Positions 31,541 through 32,000 of a DNA stretch of 32,000 nt are shown here, in pieces. The number at the start of each line of letters is the position of its first letter. Position 1 is the stretch's first letter. Under the pieces are notes generated by a model, which made no database searches, was not told the origin of the DNA, and worked only from the letters and a program-made list of their open reading frames with translations. The DNA lies in NCBI GenBank assembly GCA_041649575.1, contig JBAZMW010000002.1, forward strand, positions 150,001 through 182,000, written 5' to 3'. A program made the translations under genes and the position numbers. This stretch comes from Patescibacteria group bacterium. Lineage in GTDB: Bacteria > Patescibacteriota > Patescibacteriia > 2-01-FULL-39-33.

Positions 31541-32000
31541 ATGATAGAAGACAAAAACCAATTTAATTACCGGCCGAAAATTCAGGTCAAAAAGGATTAT
31601 TACCGCCAGCGCTTTATCAATCCTTATTTTAATAAGGATAAAAAAAATAAATACCAGGGTTTCAACACCAGATTTTATCTAAAAATTTTAGTGGCGGTTT
31701 TTTTGTTGTACCTGATAGTTTACAGTGATTTATTCAAGATAGGGGAGATAAGCATTTCCGGCACCGATATGATCAGCCAAACCGAATTTCGGCAAATGGT
31801 GGAAAAGGAAATAAATACCTGGCGTTGGCATTTTTGGCCGCAGAGGAACCAGCTTTTGCTTAGTAAAAAACGATTGGCGCAAAAGATCACCAGCCAATAC
31901 AGTCTTAGTAAGCTGGAAATAAAAAAGGGTTGGCGCCGGCTGCAAATCAATCTGGAAGAAAAAATTTCTTACCTGATGGTTTTTAATCGCGGCAAGTTTT
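31541..32000 (+). CDS. FtsQ/DivIB-like cell division protein, 3'-partial (runs off window)
   Basis: Not in the ORF track because there is no stop in the window. Hand translation from ATG 31541 gives MIEDKNQFNYRPKIQVKKDYYRQRF..., a TM segment FYLKILVAVFLLYLIVY, then the POTRA-like FKIGEISISGTDMISQTEF...LEIKKGWRRLQINLEEK. Confidence 0.55.
   Translation, partial: MIEDKNQFNYRPKIQVKKDYYRQRFINPYFNKDKKNKYQGFNTRFYLKILVAVFLLYLIVYSDLFKIGEISISGTDMISQTEFRQMVEKEINTWRWHFWPQRNQLLLSKKRLAQKITSQYSLSKLEIKKGWRRLQINLEEKISYLMVFNRGKF

Overview
No homology search was run; calls rest on motif recognition, ORF geometry, hand-found repeats and hairpins, and a few hand GC counts. The window is gene-dense bacterial chromosome. 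Nearly every gene has its own near-consensus sigma70-type promoter and a hairpin terminator. Several proteins are minimalised: AlaRS lacks the C-Ala domain, RpoA lacks the alpha-CTD, L13 is short, and r-proteins carry Lys-rich extensions. This suggests a small-genome lineage such as Patescibacteria/CPR, but that is inference only.

Backbone, all on the + strand: HARE-HTH protein; membrane protein plus TraD/VirD4-like ATPase with a zinc ribbon; CarS-like CDP-alcohol synthase plus DAG-kinase-family lipid kinase; mnmA; alaS; infA-rpmJ-rpsM-rpsK-rpsD-rpoA-rplQ-rplM-rpsI; a UvrD-type helicase fused to a PD-(D/E)XK nuclease; pheS; pheT; lysS; serS; and an FtsQ-like gene fragment.

Four things sit on top of this backbone:
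1. Four GC-rich blocks comprising five promoter-plus-ORF units (6640-8563, 10739-11657, 19207-20007, and 30870-31535 on the minus strand). Four of the five units end in a clear terminator. They encode six proteins, and only one (a PlsC-type acyltransferase) is recognisable.
2. Three copies of a 190-270 bp intergenic repeat family that folds into long hairpins.
3. A low-GC two-gene insertion that separates pheS from pheT.
4. Several candidate structured RNAs: a riboswitch-like lysS leader, a ~125-nt sRNA-like unit, and a ~570-nt structured leader with a uORF ahead of a 62-aa zinc-ribbon gene.

No rRNA, tRNA, CRISPR array, transposase or integrase was seen.
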